A stretch of DNA of 64,000 bases from Eledone cirrhosa (Eukaryota): the NCBI GenBank assembly GCA_964016885.1, contig OZ024748.1, positions 57,660,001-57,724,000 on the forward strand, written 5' to 3'. Positions 63,916 to 64,000 of this stretch are shown one piece after another (the stretch's first letter is position 1; each line of letters starts with the position of its first letter). The position numbers and the translations under genes were made by a program. The notes under the pieces are model-generated. The model did not search any database. It saw only the letters and a program-made list of their open reading frames with translations, and was not told where the DNA came from.

Positions 63916-64000
63916 ATAATTGTTTCTACTTTTGGCACAAGGCCAGCAAATACTCAGTGCATTACTGGCACTTTATTTTATCGACCCCGTAAGGATGAAA
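63916..64000 (-). mobile_element. SINE family A, cut by the window end
   Basis: AATTGTTTCTACTTTTGGCACAAGGCC..TTTTATCGACCCCGTAAGGATGAAA. Confidence 0.85.

Overview
Gene-free, very AT-rich metazoan repeat DNA, probably a coleoid cephalopod such as Octopus (inferred from the SINE types and extreme (TA)n content). About half the window is (TA)n-derived microsatellite, with a 200-N gap at 30202-30401; nearly all long 'YIYI' ORFs are repeat artefacts. Real coding content is limited to retroelements. (1) A young Neptune-type Penelope-like element (PLE) at about 50783-56746 has an inverted plus two direct pseudo-LTRs, each with a minimal hammerhead ribozyme (HHR) carrying a U3-A8 core. It also has an upstream ORF1 joined to RT-GIY-YIG through an HIV-like TTTTTTA slippery site. 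(2) A 5'-truncated CR1-clade LINE has an uninterrupted APE-RT frame (58672-61761, minus). (3) There are RTE and PLE fragments. The window also holds tRNA-derived SINEs, non-autonomous Helitrons and several small fold-back elements in TA tracts with complete or broken HHR motifs, often with the inversion breakpoint at the ribozyme core. All calls were made by eye; no alignments or searches were run.
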